64,000 nt of DNA from an uncultured Planctomycetota bacterium (GCA_963823665.1 CAWGMQ010000005.1:128001-192000), one strand, 5' to 3'. Positions 11,609 through 22,734 are shown, counted from the stretch's first letter. The notes: generated by a model not told the origin, from the letters alone. Made by a program: numbers and translations.

Positions 11609-12704
11609 TCAGAGCTGGCCTGAGTCGAAAGCCTCGTTGCCGTCAGGAGTCGAGATCGCATACCAAGGCTGCCAGTTCACGCTGGTCTTGACGAACCGCA
11701 CCGAGCCGTCCATGAACAGCACGTTCACACCACCCGGGTGGTTCGAGCTGGCGTTCTGCAGTGTGACGGTGGCGCGGCCATCGACGTTTGCGTCGGAATA
11801 CTCACAGCAATACCGATTCGGGAGGTTCGTATGCGAGTAAATCTGGCTCGGCCCCCACATCCACCACTCGCCCTTCCAGCTCTGGGCTTGATTGCCATTA
11901 ATGGGTTGAACCGTAGCACAGGCCTGAGCGAACTGAAGATCGGTCGGGAACGCCCCGGTACCCGCTTGACCGGGCAGGTAGTAGACCATGCCCAACCCGT
12001 TCGTGTCCGGACTGCCATGCGCGGGGCCTTTCACCCATTCGCTGAAGATCGCGGTGCCGCTCGTTCCGTCTGTGAAATTGTTCGTCCCGATCATACGCCC
12101 GCCGATGCCGTCCCAAGTCGACAGGATGTAATTCGGCCCGTTCATCTGCCAGTTGAAGCAAACTCCACCGCCGTTGATGCGCCTGTTCTGGCCGATGTTT
12201 GACGGGTAATTACTGCACCCAGAAATCTGGGTTGAGACGGCTGAGAACTGGTTCGGCTGTGATCCGCCTTTGTTGTTGTCGGACGGGCAGAGGAAGTACG
12301 GAATCACCATGATGACCACGGTGCCGTTCGGCATCTCGTTCTGGATCTGGTTCACGTCGGTCCAGCGGGCGCCGAAGGCATGATTCCAGGCATTGTATGC
12401 CGCAGTCTGTTCCATGTAAGGCAACAGCCGCAGCTTCTGCGAGTAGTTCTGATGCGGTTGTTGAAGCGCCGTGCCATTGGGCTGCCACGCTTGATCAACC
12501 GCGACAGGCGGCAAAAGCGTGAACGACGTCACGTAATTGTTCATCGCGAGACCGATTTGCTTCAGGTTGTTCGTACATTGGCCCGCGCCTCGCGGCCTCG
12601 CGCGCCGCCTGCACGGCAGGCAATAACAGTGCGATCAACACTGCGATGATGGCGATCACCACCAGCAGTTCGATCAACGTAAAACCCCGACTTCTTCGGA
12701 TCAT
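11609..12704 (-). CDS. DUF1559 prepilin-like protein, copy 2 (frameshift ~12585)
   Basis: [15 protein letters not shown]-terminus in ORF 12495-12782, body in ORF 11609-12544; near-identical to copy 1. Confidence 0.92.
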
Positions 12705-12837
12705 TTTGGAATTCCCTGTATGAGACCGTTCGAATCGAAAAAAACACCGGCGAACACTGGCCACGTTCTCGTCGTAAAACAATCAATCAAAGGTCGGGAA
12801 GCGTCCTGCACCCCGCCCGATGGACAGACTCCAACCG

Positions 12838-13089
12838 TCATTTCGTCGCTGGCTGCGCTTTCGGCTTGCCCTCCGGCGCCCCGATCATTGCCCCAGGCTT
12901 GCGCTGGTCGTTGGACTTCGGCGGCACGATCTTCTCCTTGGGCAGTGCATTGGGATCGGCTTTTCCGGAGTCGCCCAACTTCTTATTCGCGTCCACACCT
13001 GCCGACTCGTTGTCCGGCCCGCAGCCCGTAACGGCCAGCATGCCCATCGTTACGAGCGCCAAGCAAAGCCTACGGGTGAATGACTTCAC
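12838..13089 (-). CDS. Small lipoprotein in DUF1559 operon
   Basis: GTG start after CAGGAG; RRLCLALVTMGMLAVTG-C lipobox; K/P-rich tail. Confidence 0.75.
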   Translation of the reverse strand: MKSFTRRLCLALVTMGMLAVTGCGPDNESAGVDANKKLGDSGKADPNALPKEKIVPPKSNDQRKPGAMIGAPEGKPKAQPATK

Positions 13090-13391
13090 GGCTGTCGATC
13101 TCCTGTCGCAAAACAATGAGATGAAGAACTGCGCTAAACCCGCTGCGCTGCGACCGAACGATCACACGCACAGTCTCACAGCGAAAAGACCCTTCTACTT
13201 ATCGGCTACGACCCATCGCTCGACCAACACCTTCGCCCGTCAACGCTTCGCGGTTGTACGTCCGACCCCGCCAGTGTCGTTCATCCCCTTCGCAGGCACT
13301 GACCAGCAGAACCCCACCGCAAGTCGCCTGACATTCGGAGTTAATCGTGCCTCCGGCGCCTCATAACCGGAAAAGTGAAGAATCTGCGGAG

Positions 13392-13421
13392 AGAATACGC
13401 GAACGGTCTCGGCGGTGTCAA
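13392..13421 (-). promoter_or_regulatory. Sigma70-like promoter for lipoprotein-DUF1559 copy 2
   Basis: TTGACA-N18-TATTCT on minus strand. Confidence 0.6.
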
Positions 13422-14057
13422 CAAAAATCTCAATCTTTTGATATCTCCTATTTCTTTAGTAGTACAAGTGGGTTCTACAGACGTACGTGGAGAGCAGTTT
13501 TTCGTCATATCGGAGCGGCGTGCTCACACCCTCCCGCGGGCCACCGGACACTCAGTGATAACCCGGAACAGAACGCAGTTGATCGCCTCGGTCGCCCCGC
13601 CAATTTCGTTCTACGAACAAGCGAGCGAGAATTGTGCGGCCATCAGGGTGAATGCCCATCGAAGTGATATCCGCACCTTGCCCGGGTGATGGCTTGGCAC
13701 CGCGAGCGAAGGCTCGCCGGCAAGTTGGGAATCACGCGGCGAAGCAGCCCCGATGCGGCGTACGCGCGTTTCCGCGCGGCAAACATGTTGTAAAGATATG
13801 TAAACTGAATTGGCGGTGTTCCGATCTGGATTATCATCGTGTGAAAAATACAGCAAATGGTTTGAAAATAAGGGCTTAGAGATTGTCGACTCACGTTCAT
13901 GGACAGCTTCGATGCGAATGACGCCTAAACCATTTAGTACTGCCGATTATGCATTGCCGAGCAGTGGTCGCGCGAATTTGCATCACGGTCAATCGTGGAT
14001 CTGCGCGTCTTCTCGTCCAATGCGAGACTCGATCAACACGCGAAGGAATAGTCTCGG

Positions 14058-16090
14058 ATGACGACGACATCGCGGGAAAACGTTGCCGCGCCCCCGAGCC
14101 GCACGTTTCTCGCACCTGCGGCCGCCATGATGCTTTCGATCTCACTGGGCCTCTGCGGGGGCTACCTTGACCTGGTGATCACGCTCCTCGGCAAGTACTG
14201 CTGGAACAGCGACGGTTATTCCCGAAACGCGCGTGATTTTCCGTGGACCGTGCCGGCCGGACACGTCATCCTGTTGCTGGGCCCCGGGCTGGTGATCGCC
14301 GTGATCAACTCGCGTTGGCGAGCGAGTATCTCGCAGCGCGCGGGCGTGTGGGTGCTTGCCTCACTGGCGATCTGGGGTGCTCTTCTCAGGGCGCCCTTGT
14401 ATGGCGCTTGCACGCTCCTGCTGGCTGTCGGGCTTGGGCTGCTCGTGGCCGACCGCATCGTGTTGCATGGGTTAGCCCCGCGGCGGTTGTGGTGTGTCGC
14501 TTCCGGGCTGCTGGGGCTTCTGGCGGTGCTCGCAGCACTTTCGACGGGCTGGCAGACCCTCGATGAGTACCGCGCGGTCACAGGGCTGCCGGCTGCCCCG
14601 TCGGGCGCAGGGAATGTCGTGTTGATCGTCTGGGATACCGTCAGCGCCTACAATGTAAGCTCTTACGGCGCGTATCATGACACCACTCCGAACCTCTCGC
14701 GGTGGGCTCGTAAAGGGGTGCAGTTCAACCGCGCCATGGCGGCTGCCCCTTGGACTTATCCGTCGCATTGCTCGTTCATGACCGGCCAGTGGGCGCACAA
14801 AATGAATGCGCAGTGGAAGTTCGCGCTCGATGTTCCTGATCCCACCCTGGCTGAGTATCTGGCGTCCAAAGGGTATCAAACCGCCGGCTTCGCGGCGAAC
14901 ACGAACTGGTGCACGTACGAAACCGGGTTGGCTCGTGGCTTCGCGCACTTCGAGGATTATCCGCTTTCGCCGCGAGCGCTGCTCTCTCGTACCGTTCCGG
15001 GAAAGTGGCTCCTCGAAGGAATCTTGACTGTCGGCGCCTGGTACGACCCGAGCCTCGGTGCCTTCTACGAAAAGAAGTGGGCGACGCTCCAATCTCGCGG
15101 TGCGCGGCAAATCAATGAGAGCTTTCTCGGCTGGCTAAAGCGGCGCAGATCCGACCGGCCGTTCTTCGCATTTCTGAACTACTTCGACGTGCACGACCCG
15201 TTCATTCCGCCGGCGGAATTCAAGAATCGCTTCGGGATCGCGCCCAGCACACGAGAGGATTATCAGTTTCTGTTCGACTACGCATTGCTGAGGAAGGAAT
15301 CGCAGGGAGAACGGAAGCTGGGGATGGCCTTCAACAGCTATAATGCCTGCATCGCATTCCTCGATGAGCAGCTCGATCAACTGCTTCGCGAGCTTGAGGC
15401 GCAAAAGCTGCTCGAGAATACCACGGTGATCATCACGTCTGACCATGGCGAAGCCTTTGGCGATCACGGCTTCTACGGCCACGTTTACGGTCTATCCCTC
15501 GAGGAAATCGGCGTGCCGCTGGCGATTCTTTCCCCGGGCGCGCCGCGCGAAAAGAGGTGAATGCGCCCGTCAGCCTGCGTGACCTGCCTGCGACCGTCGT
15601 CGACCTGGTCGGAGTGGGTGCCGGATCCCCATTTCCCGGAAGCTCGCTCAGAGCCCGCTGGAATCCGCAGGAATCGAGGAGTCCCGCCGCGGAAGTGAAG
15701 ATCTCGCCGGCCTTTTCGGAACAGGCGGATTGGAGCACGCTTGAAACGAAGCAGCCGCACACGCGGGAATTCGGTGAGTTCCAGATGTCTCTGGTCGCGG
15801 AGGGCAAACAGTATGTCCGCGACGGCTCGGGCGCCGAACATCTGTTCGATCTCGCCGTTGATCCGTTCGAGATGGACAACCTGATGCAACATCCCGGCGC
15901 CGAGCAAAGGGTGGCACCTTTCCGGAAGATGCTGCTCGACTTCCTCGTCGCCAACCCGGCCTCGGTCGCGGTGGAACGCGGTTACTTGAGTCGCTACCGG
16001 GAACAGCTCCGAGCCGCCGTTGGAGCCACCAGCCCGAAAATCGCCAGCGCGATTCGCGCCGCGCCGCAGAAACTTCGCCCCGCGCACTGA
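14058..16090 (+). CDS. Membrane-anchored sulfatase-like (alkaline phosphatase superfamily) protein 1 (frameshift ~15555)
   Basis: N-terminal TMs; NVVLIVWDT, APWTYPSH..MTG, FLNYFDVHDP, ITSDHGE. Confidence 0.9.
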
Positions 16091-16324
16091 CACGCCAGAT
16101 CCACGACGATCCGGCTTCGGCCTTCGCGCGCGGGAAGGTGGCGCATCCACTCACCTTGGGCCGGGATGTTGACAATTACGTCGGGGCGATGAGACACTCA
16201 CTGAAGAGATGTTGGCGACACTGAGCGCCGCGCTCGCGCCGGGCGGTTTCCATCCTTTGTAAGAATCCGCGGAAATCTGTCAGATTGGGCTCGATCCGGG
16301 CGATCCGGACCCGAAGGAGATTCC

Positions 16325-16492
16325 GTGCAGAGTTTTCCGGCAGTGTTCGCGTATTTCGGCCCGGAAGTGCAGTTGCCGGTGCTATCGTTCATCGCGGCGG
16401 TGTCGGGCCTTGTGTTGACGATCGGCGGTGCACCCATCCGAGCGATCAAGCGATGGCTCAGTGCACGCAGAGCGAGGAAGACGCTCTCGTAG
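16325..16492 (+). CDS. 55-aa single-TM peptide
   Basis: AAGGAG RBS then GTG; MQSFPAVFAYFGPEVQLPVLSFIAAVSGLVLTIGGAPIRAIKRWLSARRARKTLS*. Confidence 0.7.
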   Translation: MQSFPAVFAYFGPEVQLPVLSFIAAVSGLVLTIGGAPIRAIKRWLSARRARKTLS

Positions 16493-16518
16493 ATCAACCT
16501 TTGAAGGAACAGTCTCGG

Positions 16519-18530
16519 ATGGCGGCGACATCGCCGGAAACCGGTGTGGTGCGCCCTCCGAGCCGCGCGTCGCTCACGCCAGCGGCGGCGATCGTGCTTT
16601 CGATCTTGCTCGGCCTCTGCGGCGGCTATCTCGATGTATTGATCACGGTGCTCGGAAAGTACTGCTGGAACAAGGACGGGTACTTTCGCAATGCGCGAGA
16701 TTTCCCGTGGACGATCCCGGCAGGACACGCCCTCTTGTTATTGATACCGGGGCTCGTGGTGGCGGCGCTGAACGGTCCGCTGCGCAGGCGCATTTCGCTG
16801 CGCACCGGGCTATGGTTGTTCGCGTCGCTTTCGATCTGGGGAGCTGTGCTCAGGGCGCCGATCAATGCGGTTTGCAGCCTTCTTCTGGCTGTCGGGCTCG
16901 GCAGGGTGATCGCCGACCAGGTCGCGGCCCGCGGCCTTTCCCCGCGGCGACTCCGGTACGTCGCAACAGCGCTCCTGGGGCTGCTCGGTGTGCTCGCGGC
17001 GTGTTCGTCGGGTTGGCAGGCGCTGCGTGAATACCGCGCAATCGCCGGGCTGCCACCGGCCCCGTCGCCGGGCCGAAACGTGATCTTGATCGTGTGGGAT
17101 ACCGTGTGCGCGTACAATGTCGAGCTCTTTTGGCTCGCACCGCGACACCACCCCCAACCTGTCGCGGTGGGCCCGACAGGGCGTCCAGTACAACCACGCC
17201 GTGGCACCGGCCCCGTGGACCTATCCCTCGCATTGCTGCTTCATGACCGGCCAGTGGCCGTACCGACTGAATTCCCAGTGGAAATTCACGCTCGAGGGTC
17301 CAGATCCGACGCTTGCCGAGTATCTGGCAGCCCGCGGCTACCAAACCGCCGGATTCGTGGCGAACACGAATTGCTGCTCATACGAGACAGGGCTCGCTCG
17401 CGGATTTGCCCATTTCGAGGACTACCCGCTCTCGCCGCGGGCCTTACTGACGCGCACGGTGCCGGGGAAATGGATCCTCAAGCAATTCCTGACTCTGGGC
17501 GCCTACTACGACGCGAGATGGGGTGCCTTCTACGACACGAAGTGGGCCACGATCCAGTCTCGCGGCGCGCCGAGATCAACAATGGCTTTTTCGACTGGCT
17601 CAGCCGGCGAAGAAGCGATCGTCCGTTCTTCGCCTTCCTGAATTACTTCGACGCTCACGACCCGTACGTGCCCCCCGCAGGCTACGACCACCGATTCGGA
17701 AGCCCGCCCAGAACTCGGCGTGATTTCCAGTTCCTTTTCGACTACGTGAACTTGATCAAGCGCCCGCAGCAAATACGTGAGCTGCGCATGGCCCTCGACT
17801 GCTACAACGACTGCATCTCATTCCTGGATGACCAACTCGATCAATTGCTGGGACAGCTCCGGGGCCAAGGCCTGCTCGAGAACACGACTGTGGTCATCAC
17901 GTCCGATCACGGCGAAGGCTTTGGCGAGCATGGCTTCTTCGGCCACGCCTACGGTACCTGCCTCGACGAAACCGGCGTGCCGCTGGTGATTCTTTCTCCG
18001 GCGCACCGCCGGGAAAGGAAGTGGACACGGCTGTGAGCCTGCGCGACCTGCCGGCGACGGTGGTCGACCTGCTCGGGCTGGAGTCCGGCGCACGGTTTCC
18101 CGGCCGCTCGCTGGCGGTGCACTGGCGGCCGGCTCAGCCGAGCCGGGTCGCCGCGGAAATGACCTCACCTGCGTTTTCGGAACAGGCCGATTGGGCACTG
18201 TTTGAGCCAAACGATGCAAGCAAGCCGCGGCTCGGTGACTTCCAGATGTCGCTGATGGCCGACGGCCGGCATTACACCCGCGACGGCCTTGGTAACGAGC
18301 GGCTATTCGATGTGACCGAAGATCCGTTCGAAATCGAGAACCTCGCTCAGGGACCGAAGGCGGAAAAGAGCGTGGCGGTCTTCCGGAAGATGCTGCTCGA
18401 CTTCCTCATCGATAACCCCGCGTCGGCCGAGGTCGAACGCGCCTACTTGAAGCGCTACCGCGAAGAGCTCAGAGCCGCGGTTCTGGCGCCTGGCCCGAAA
18501 ATCGCGAGTGACCTCGGAATATCACCCTGA
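16519..18530 (+). CDS. Membrane-anchored sulfatase-like protein 2 (frameshifts ~17120, ~17565, ~18010)
   Basis: Paralog of 14058-16090; APWTYPSH, FLNYFDAHDP, ITSDHGE; same upstream AAGGAAyAGTCTCGGATG. Confidence 0.88.
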
Positions 18531-18802
18531 AGCGGTCGCCTCGCCAGACCACATCGCGGCTCCGCCGCCATCGAGCTCTCGCGCTTACTCGCGGGTAGTC
18601 GTTGTGGAAAAAGCCAAATCGATCCGGGTATTCGCGCCTTTGCGCAATTTAATGGTTCCCCAATTTACGCAATCTATCGCATCACCTCATCATGAGGGAC
18701 CAGTCGGGCTAGGAAGATCGACGGCGCACGACTATGATGCTGCCGAGCAGAGGAGCCCATGCCGGCGGAGCTTGATCTCTGCGTTTCGTCAGGGAGGACG
18801 GC

Positions 18803-19918
18803 ATGAAACTACTCGCGCTGGTCGAAGCGCCGGATCATGTCTGCTGCCGATACCGCATCCGAGCGTTCGAGCGCGCGCTCGAGACGGCTGGTTGTTCGCT
18901 CCATTGCGAGGGGCTCGATCGGGGTGCGTTCTTCCGGATGATCCAGCTTCAGCGGGCCCGATCGTTCGACGCGGTGATCCTGCAGCGAAAGCTGCTGGCG
19001 AGCTGGCAATTGAAGGCCCTGCGGCGGGCCTCGCGCCGGCTGGTCTTTGACTTCGACGACGCGGTGATGCTTCGCGACTCGTATTCGGGGCGCGACGGGC
19101 AAAGCCGTTCCAGGTCGCGGCGGTTCGCGCAGACGGTTTGTGCGGCGGACACGATCATCGCCGGGAATGACTTCCTTGCAGACGCGGCGCTTCGAGCCGG
19201 GGCGAGCGTCGAGCGCGTGCATGTGATTCCGACGTGTGTGGACCCCCTGCTCTATCCAGTCGCTCGAGGGGAGGGACCTGCCGAGCTTGTCTGGATTGGT
19301 TCATCGAGCACGTTGCAGGGACTCGAGCAATCGCGACCGATCTGGCAGCGTGTGGCCGAAACGATTCCGGGAGTGAAGCTCCGTGTGATCTGCGATCGCT
19401 TTCCCGAGTCGTTTCCGCTGCCAATTGAACCGGTGGCGTGGGACGAGCAGACCGAGGCGCGGGAGATTGCCGCGGCGCAGATCGGGATAAGCTGGATTCC
19501 GGACGACCTCTGGAGCCGGGGGAAATGCGGTCTCAAGGTCTTGCAGTACCAGGCGGCGGGGCTGCCGGTGGTGGCCAATCCGGTGGGAGCGCACCGGGAG
19601 ATGATCCGAGACGGACAGACCGGCTACCTGGCGACCACGGCCGGGGAGTGGGCGGACGCGCTCGGGAGGCTCGTCGCCGACCTATCATTGCGGCTTTCGC
19701 TGGGTCGAGCGGCCCGTCGTCAGGTTGAGGCGAGCTATTCGGTCTCGGCGTGGGCCGAGACGTTCGTGACGAGCGTGACGGGGTTGGCGGCGCATTCGTC
19801 TCGCGCCTCCTGGAAGATTGATCGAGCTCTTGGACCGAATGAGAGACGCAAAGGGTTTGAGCCGCATCTCGCTCGGAGCGGACCATCTCGAACATTGAAC
19901 CAGATTGGCGATCGATGA
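18803..19918 (+). CDS. Glycosyltransferase family 4
   Basis: FDFDDA, WIGS, GKCGLKVLQYQAAGLPVVANPVG. Confidence 0.9.
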   Translation: MKLLALVEAPDHVCCRYRIRAFERALETAGCSLHCEGLDRGAFFRMIQLQRARSFDAVILQRKLLASWQLKALRRASRRLVFDFDDAVMLRDSYSGRDGQSRSRSRRFAQTVCAADTIIAGNDFLADAALRAGASVERVHVIPTCVDPLLYPVARGEGPAELVWIGSSSTLQGLEQSRPIWQRVAETIPGVKLRVICDRFPESFPLPIEPVAWDEQTEAREIAAAQIGISWIPDDLWSRGKCGLKVLQYQAAGLPVVANPVGAHREMIRDGQTGYLATTAGEWADALGRLVADLSLRLSLGRAARRQVEASYSVSAWAETFVTSVTGLAAHSSRASWKIDRALGPNERRKGFEPHLARSGPSRTLNQIGDR

Positions 19919-21738
19919 GCGTGTGCACGCGGCAGCCGCGAACGATTCGACGGGTGGGCGGGGGGGCGCCGGTTTCGGAACCGCTCTCTCCCGAGGCCCT
20001 GGTGAAGCGCATGTTCAAGCCCCCCGACTGGCAATGGCGGCAAGCGCCGGGCGTCGGCTGGTGGTATCGCGACGGCTGGGGCGAGGTGCTGCTCGGACCG
20101 GAAGGGCTGCGTCTGGACGAATGGCGGGCCGCGGGCGTGCTCACGACTGTGAAGTCGGGACCTCATCGGACTGTCTACCGTGTCCGACTGGACGAGTCCA
20201 CGATCTACATCAAACATTTCCTGGTGCCCAACCGGCGTGCGGTGCTGAGGCAGTGGGTTCGTCGCGGTAAGGGTCGAAACGAGGGCAAGCGATCGGTGCA
20301 TCTGGCCACGATCGGGGTGCCGACGATCACGCCGGTTGCGCTCGGTGAGCAGCGAAAGCGCAAGTTCTTGTTCGAGAATTACCTGGTCACGCCCGCGATT
20401 TCGGACACGATTCCGCTGGATGAGTTCGTCGAGCGGCGGCTGCCGGAATGGAGAGAGCCGGAGCGATCACGGGTTCGCCGGAAACTGGCGCGGGCGGTGG
20501 CGGCGATGACGGCCCAGCTTCACGACGCGGGGCTCTTGCATCACGACTTTCATCCCGGGAACATCCTGGTGCGGCTGCGGAATGCCGACCAACTCGAGCT
20601 GTTCATGATCGATCTCGACGCCATGAGGAAGTGCCGCCGGGTCACGTGGAAGCTGGCCAGGCAGAACCTGGCGCTCCTGGACCATTACTTCTGGCTCAGA
20701 AGCAGCAGGACCGACCGCTATCGTTTTCTCAAGACTTATCTGGATACGCGCAGCGAGCCGCCGCCGGAGGTGGGCCCGTTTGCCAGGCGGATCGAAGACT
20801 CGACGCGGCTCTGGGCGGAACGGCTGTGGCGGCGGTGGGGCCGCCGATGCCGGTCATCGAACAAGTACTTTGAAGTCCATCGCGGGCCGCTCGCGCGGAG
20901 TGTGGCCTCGCGGGACCTGGATGCTTCTGAAATCGGTCCCTTGCTGGAAAACCCGGACAGGCCGTTTGAGCAGCCCGGGGCGATCCTGCTCAAGAACTCG
21001 CGGACCACGTCGGTCGTCGAGACAACGATGCTCGTTCGCGGGCAGCCGACTCAGGTGATTTACAAGCGATTCAACCGCAAGAAGTGGCTCGACCCATTCT
21101 TCACGCTGTTCCGCCCGCCGCGGGCATGGCGGTCATGGCAGGCCGGGCAGGACCTGGCGAGCCGGGGGATCCCGACCCCGCAGAACCTCGCGTACGTGTC
21201 ACGGCGGCGAACGTTCAAAAGCGACCCTCTCTTCTGGTTCCTGCCTCATGAGACCTATCTGGTCACCGTCAGGCAACCCGGTGCACAGAGCCTGGCCGAA
21301 TACGTGAACAAAGTGCTCCCAGCGCTTGCGCTCCCGGAGCGGCGGGCGAGGATCCGGGAGCTGACAGCCTCGCTCGCGCAGTTGATTCGATCGCTGCACG
21401 ACCGTTCGCTCTCGCACCGGGATTTGAAGGGATCGAACATCCTGCTCGAGGTGAATTCCGACGGTGGGATTGAACGAGTCAGCTTGATCGATCTGGTCGG
21501 GGTTGCGCTCAAACACCCGCTTCCCTGGGGCAGACGGGTGCAGAACCTGGCGCGGCTGTGCGTGAGCCTGAACCTGGTCAAGGGGCGCACGCGGACCGAT
21601 CTTCTTCGATTCCTGCGGCTGTATCTGCCGTGGGGACTTTCGCCGCTGGGCGACTGGAAGGGACTCTGGCGAAGAATCGAACGCGCCGTCGGTGCCAAGC
21701 GAGCGCGCAATCTCAAGCGCGGGCGGCCACTTTCCTGA
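19915..21738 (+). CDS. Tandem-domain lipopolysaccharide kinase (Kdo/WaaP/InaA family)
   Basis: Two catalytic loops HHDFHPGNIL..IDLD and HRDLKGSNIL..IDL. Confidence 0.85.
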   Translation: MSVCTRQPRTIRRVGGGAPVSEPLSPEALVKRMFKPPDWQWRQAPGVGWWYRDGWGEVLLGPEGLRLDEWRAAGVLTTVKSGPHRTVYRVRLDESTIYIKHFLVPNRRAVLRQWVRRGKGRNEGKRSVHLATIGVPTITPVALGEQRKRKFLFENYLVTPAISDTIPLDEFVERRLPEWREPERSRVRRKLARAVAAMTAQLHDAGLLHHDFHPGNILVRLRNADQLELFMIDLDAMRKCRRVTWKLARQNLALLDHYFWLRSSRTDRYRFLKTYLDTRSEPPPEVGPFARRIEDSTRLWAERLWRRWGRRCRSSNKYFEVHRGPLARSVASRDLDASEIGPLLENPDRPFEQPGAILLKNSRTTSVVETTMLVRGQPTQVIYKRFNRKKWLDPFFTLFRPPRAWRSWQAGQDLASRGIPTPQNLAYVSRRRTFKSDPLFWFLPHETYLVTVRQPGAQSLAEYVNKVLPALALPERRARIRELTASLAQLIRSLHDRSLSHRDLKGSNILLEVNSDGGIERVSLIDLVGVALKHPLPWGRRVQNLARLCVSLNLVKGRTRTDLLRFLRLYLPWGLSPLGDWKGLWRRIERAVGAKRARNLKRGRPLS

Positions 21739-21761
21739 ACTGAACCGATCGGAGTGAAGTC

Positions 21762-22730
21762 GTGACGGCCGGAATGCCATTTCGCCCGATTGACCGGTCC
21801 GGCAGGCGGCTTGCCTTTTGGTCGACGCTGCTGGTCTTTTCTGCCGCGAGCTGCTCGAGTATCTCCGAGCGCACGCAGCCTCTGGTGCCCACGCGGCACC
21901 AGGTTCGCACCGGGGGCTTTGTCCTCTTCTCGAACTTTCCGCTCAAGGAAGACCCGCCGGTGGTGAGCGTGCTGCAGGCGCTCGAGCGAGACCTGGCAGC
22001 GCACCTCGATTTTTCGCCGTCAGGGCAGGATGATCCGGTCGAGATCTACGTGCTCGACGACAAGAACTCGTTCATCCACTTTCTCAAGTTCTATTATCCC
22101 GAGCTGCCGCAGCGACGTGCGTTTTTCCTGGCACAGGGCAACCAGAGGGTCGTGTACACATACGCGAGCGCAAAGCTGGAAGAGGACCTGAGACACGAGG
22201 CGACCCACGCCCTGCTTCGAGGGGCATACGGAGATCTGCCGCTGTGGCTGGACGAGGGGCTTGCCGAGTACTTCGAGTCGGACCTGACCCGACCCGGCGC
22301 GCTGGCAGAGCGGATGGCGCCGATTTCCAACGACATGGAGAGTGGCTGGCGGCCGAATTTGAAGCGGCTTGAATCCCTTTCGGACATCCGCGAAATGACA
22401 CCGCGCGACTATCGCGAGTCGTGGGCGTGGGTGCATCTGCTCCTGAACGGATCGGAGCCGGACCGATCGGTCCTGCTCACTTCTCTCACCAGCTTGAAAG
22501 CGAAGCCCGGCCCGCTCGGGCTCTCGGAGAAGGGCGCGACGAGCGGTCGGCTGATCGAGCATTTACATGAGCTACAAACTCGGGGGCCGCGGGTCGAGCC
22601 GGCCGCCCTGGACCGGCATACCGTTCGGCTGCAAGACAAGAAAGTCGTTGAGCCGGCTCGTGCCAATGCTTCCGAAGGCCCACCGGCACGCGGTTTCTGG
22701 CAACGGGTGCGCGGGTGGGTGGGGATGTAA
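21762..22730 (+). CDS. DUF1570-like HExxH protein, possible lipoprotein
   Basis: LRHEATHALL...LPLWLDEGLAEYFE; SAASC lipobox-like. Confidence 0.75.
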   Translation: MTAGMPFRPIDRSGRRLAFWSTLLVFSAASCSSISERTQPLVPTRHQVRTGGFVLFSNFPLKEDPPVVSVLQALERDLAAHLDFSPSGQDDPVEIYVLDDKNSFIHFLKFYYPELPQRRAFFLAQGNQRVVYTYASAKLEEDLRHEATHALLRGAYGDLPLWLDEGLAEYFESDLTRPGALAERMAPISNDMESGWRPNLKRLESLSDIREMTPRDYRESWAWVHLLLNGSEPDRSVLLTSLTSLKAKPGPLGLSEKGATSGRLIEHLHELQTRGPRVEPAALDRHTVRLQDKKVVEPARANASEGPPARGFWQRVRGWVGM

Positions 22731-22734
22731 TGCG

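Noticed and set aside
9610..12544. DGR template/variable repeat pair
   Set aside because: Differences are mostly synonymous and not adenine-specific; both copies are full genes; no reverse transcriptase in the window
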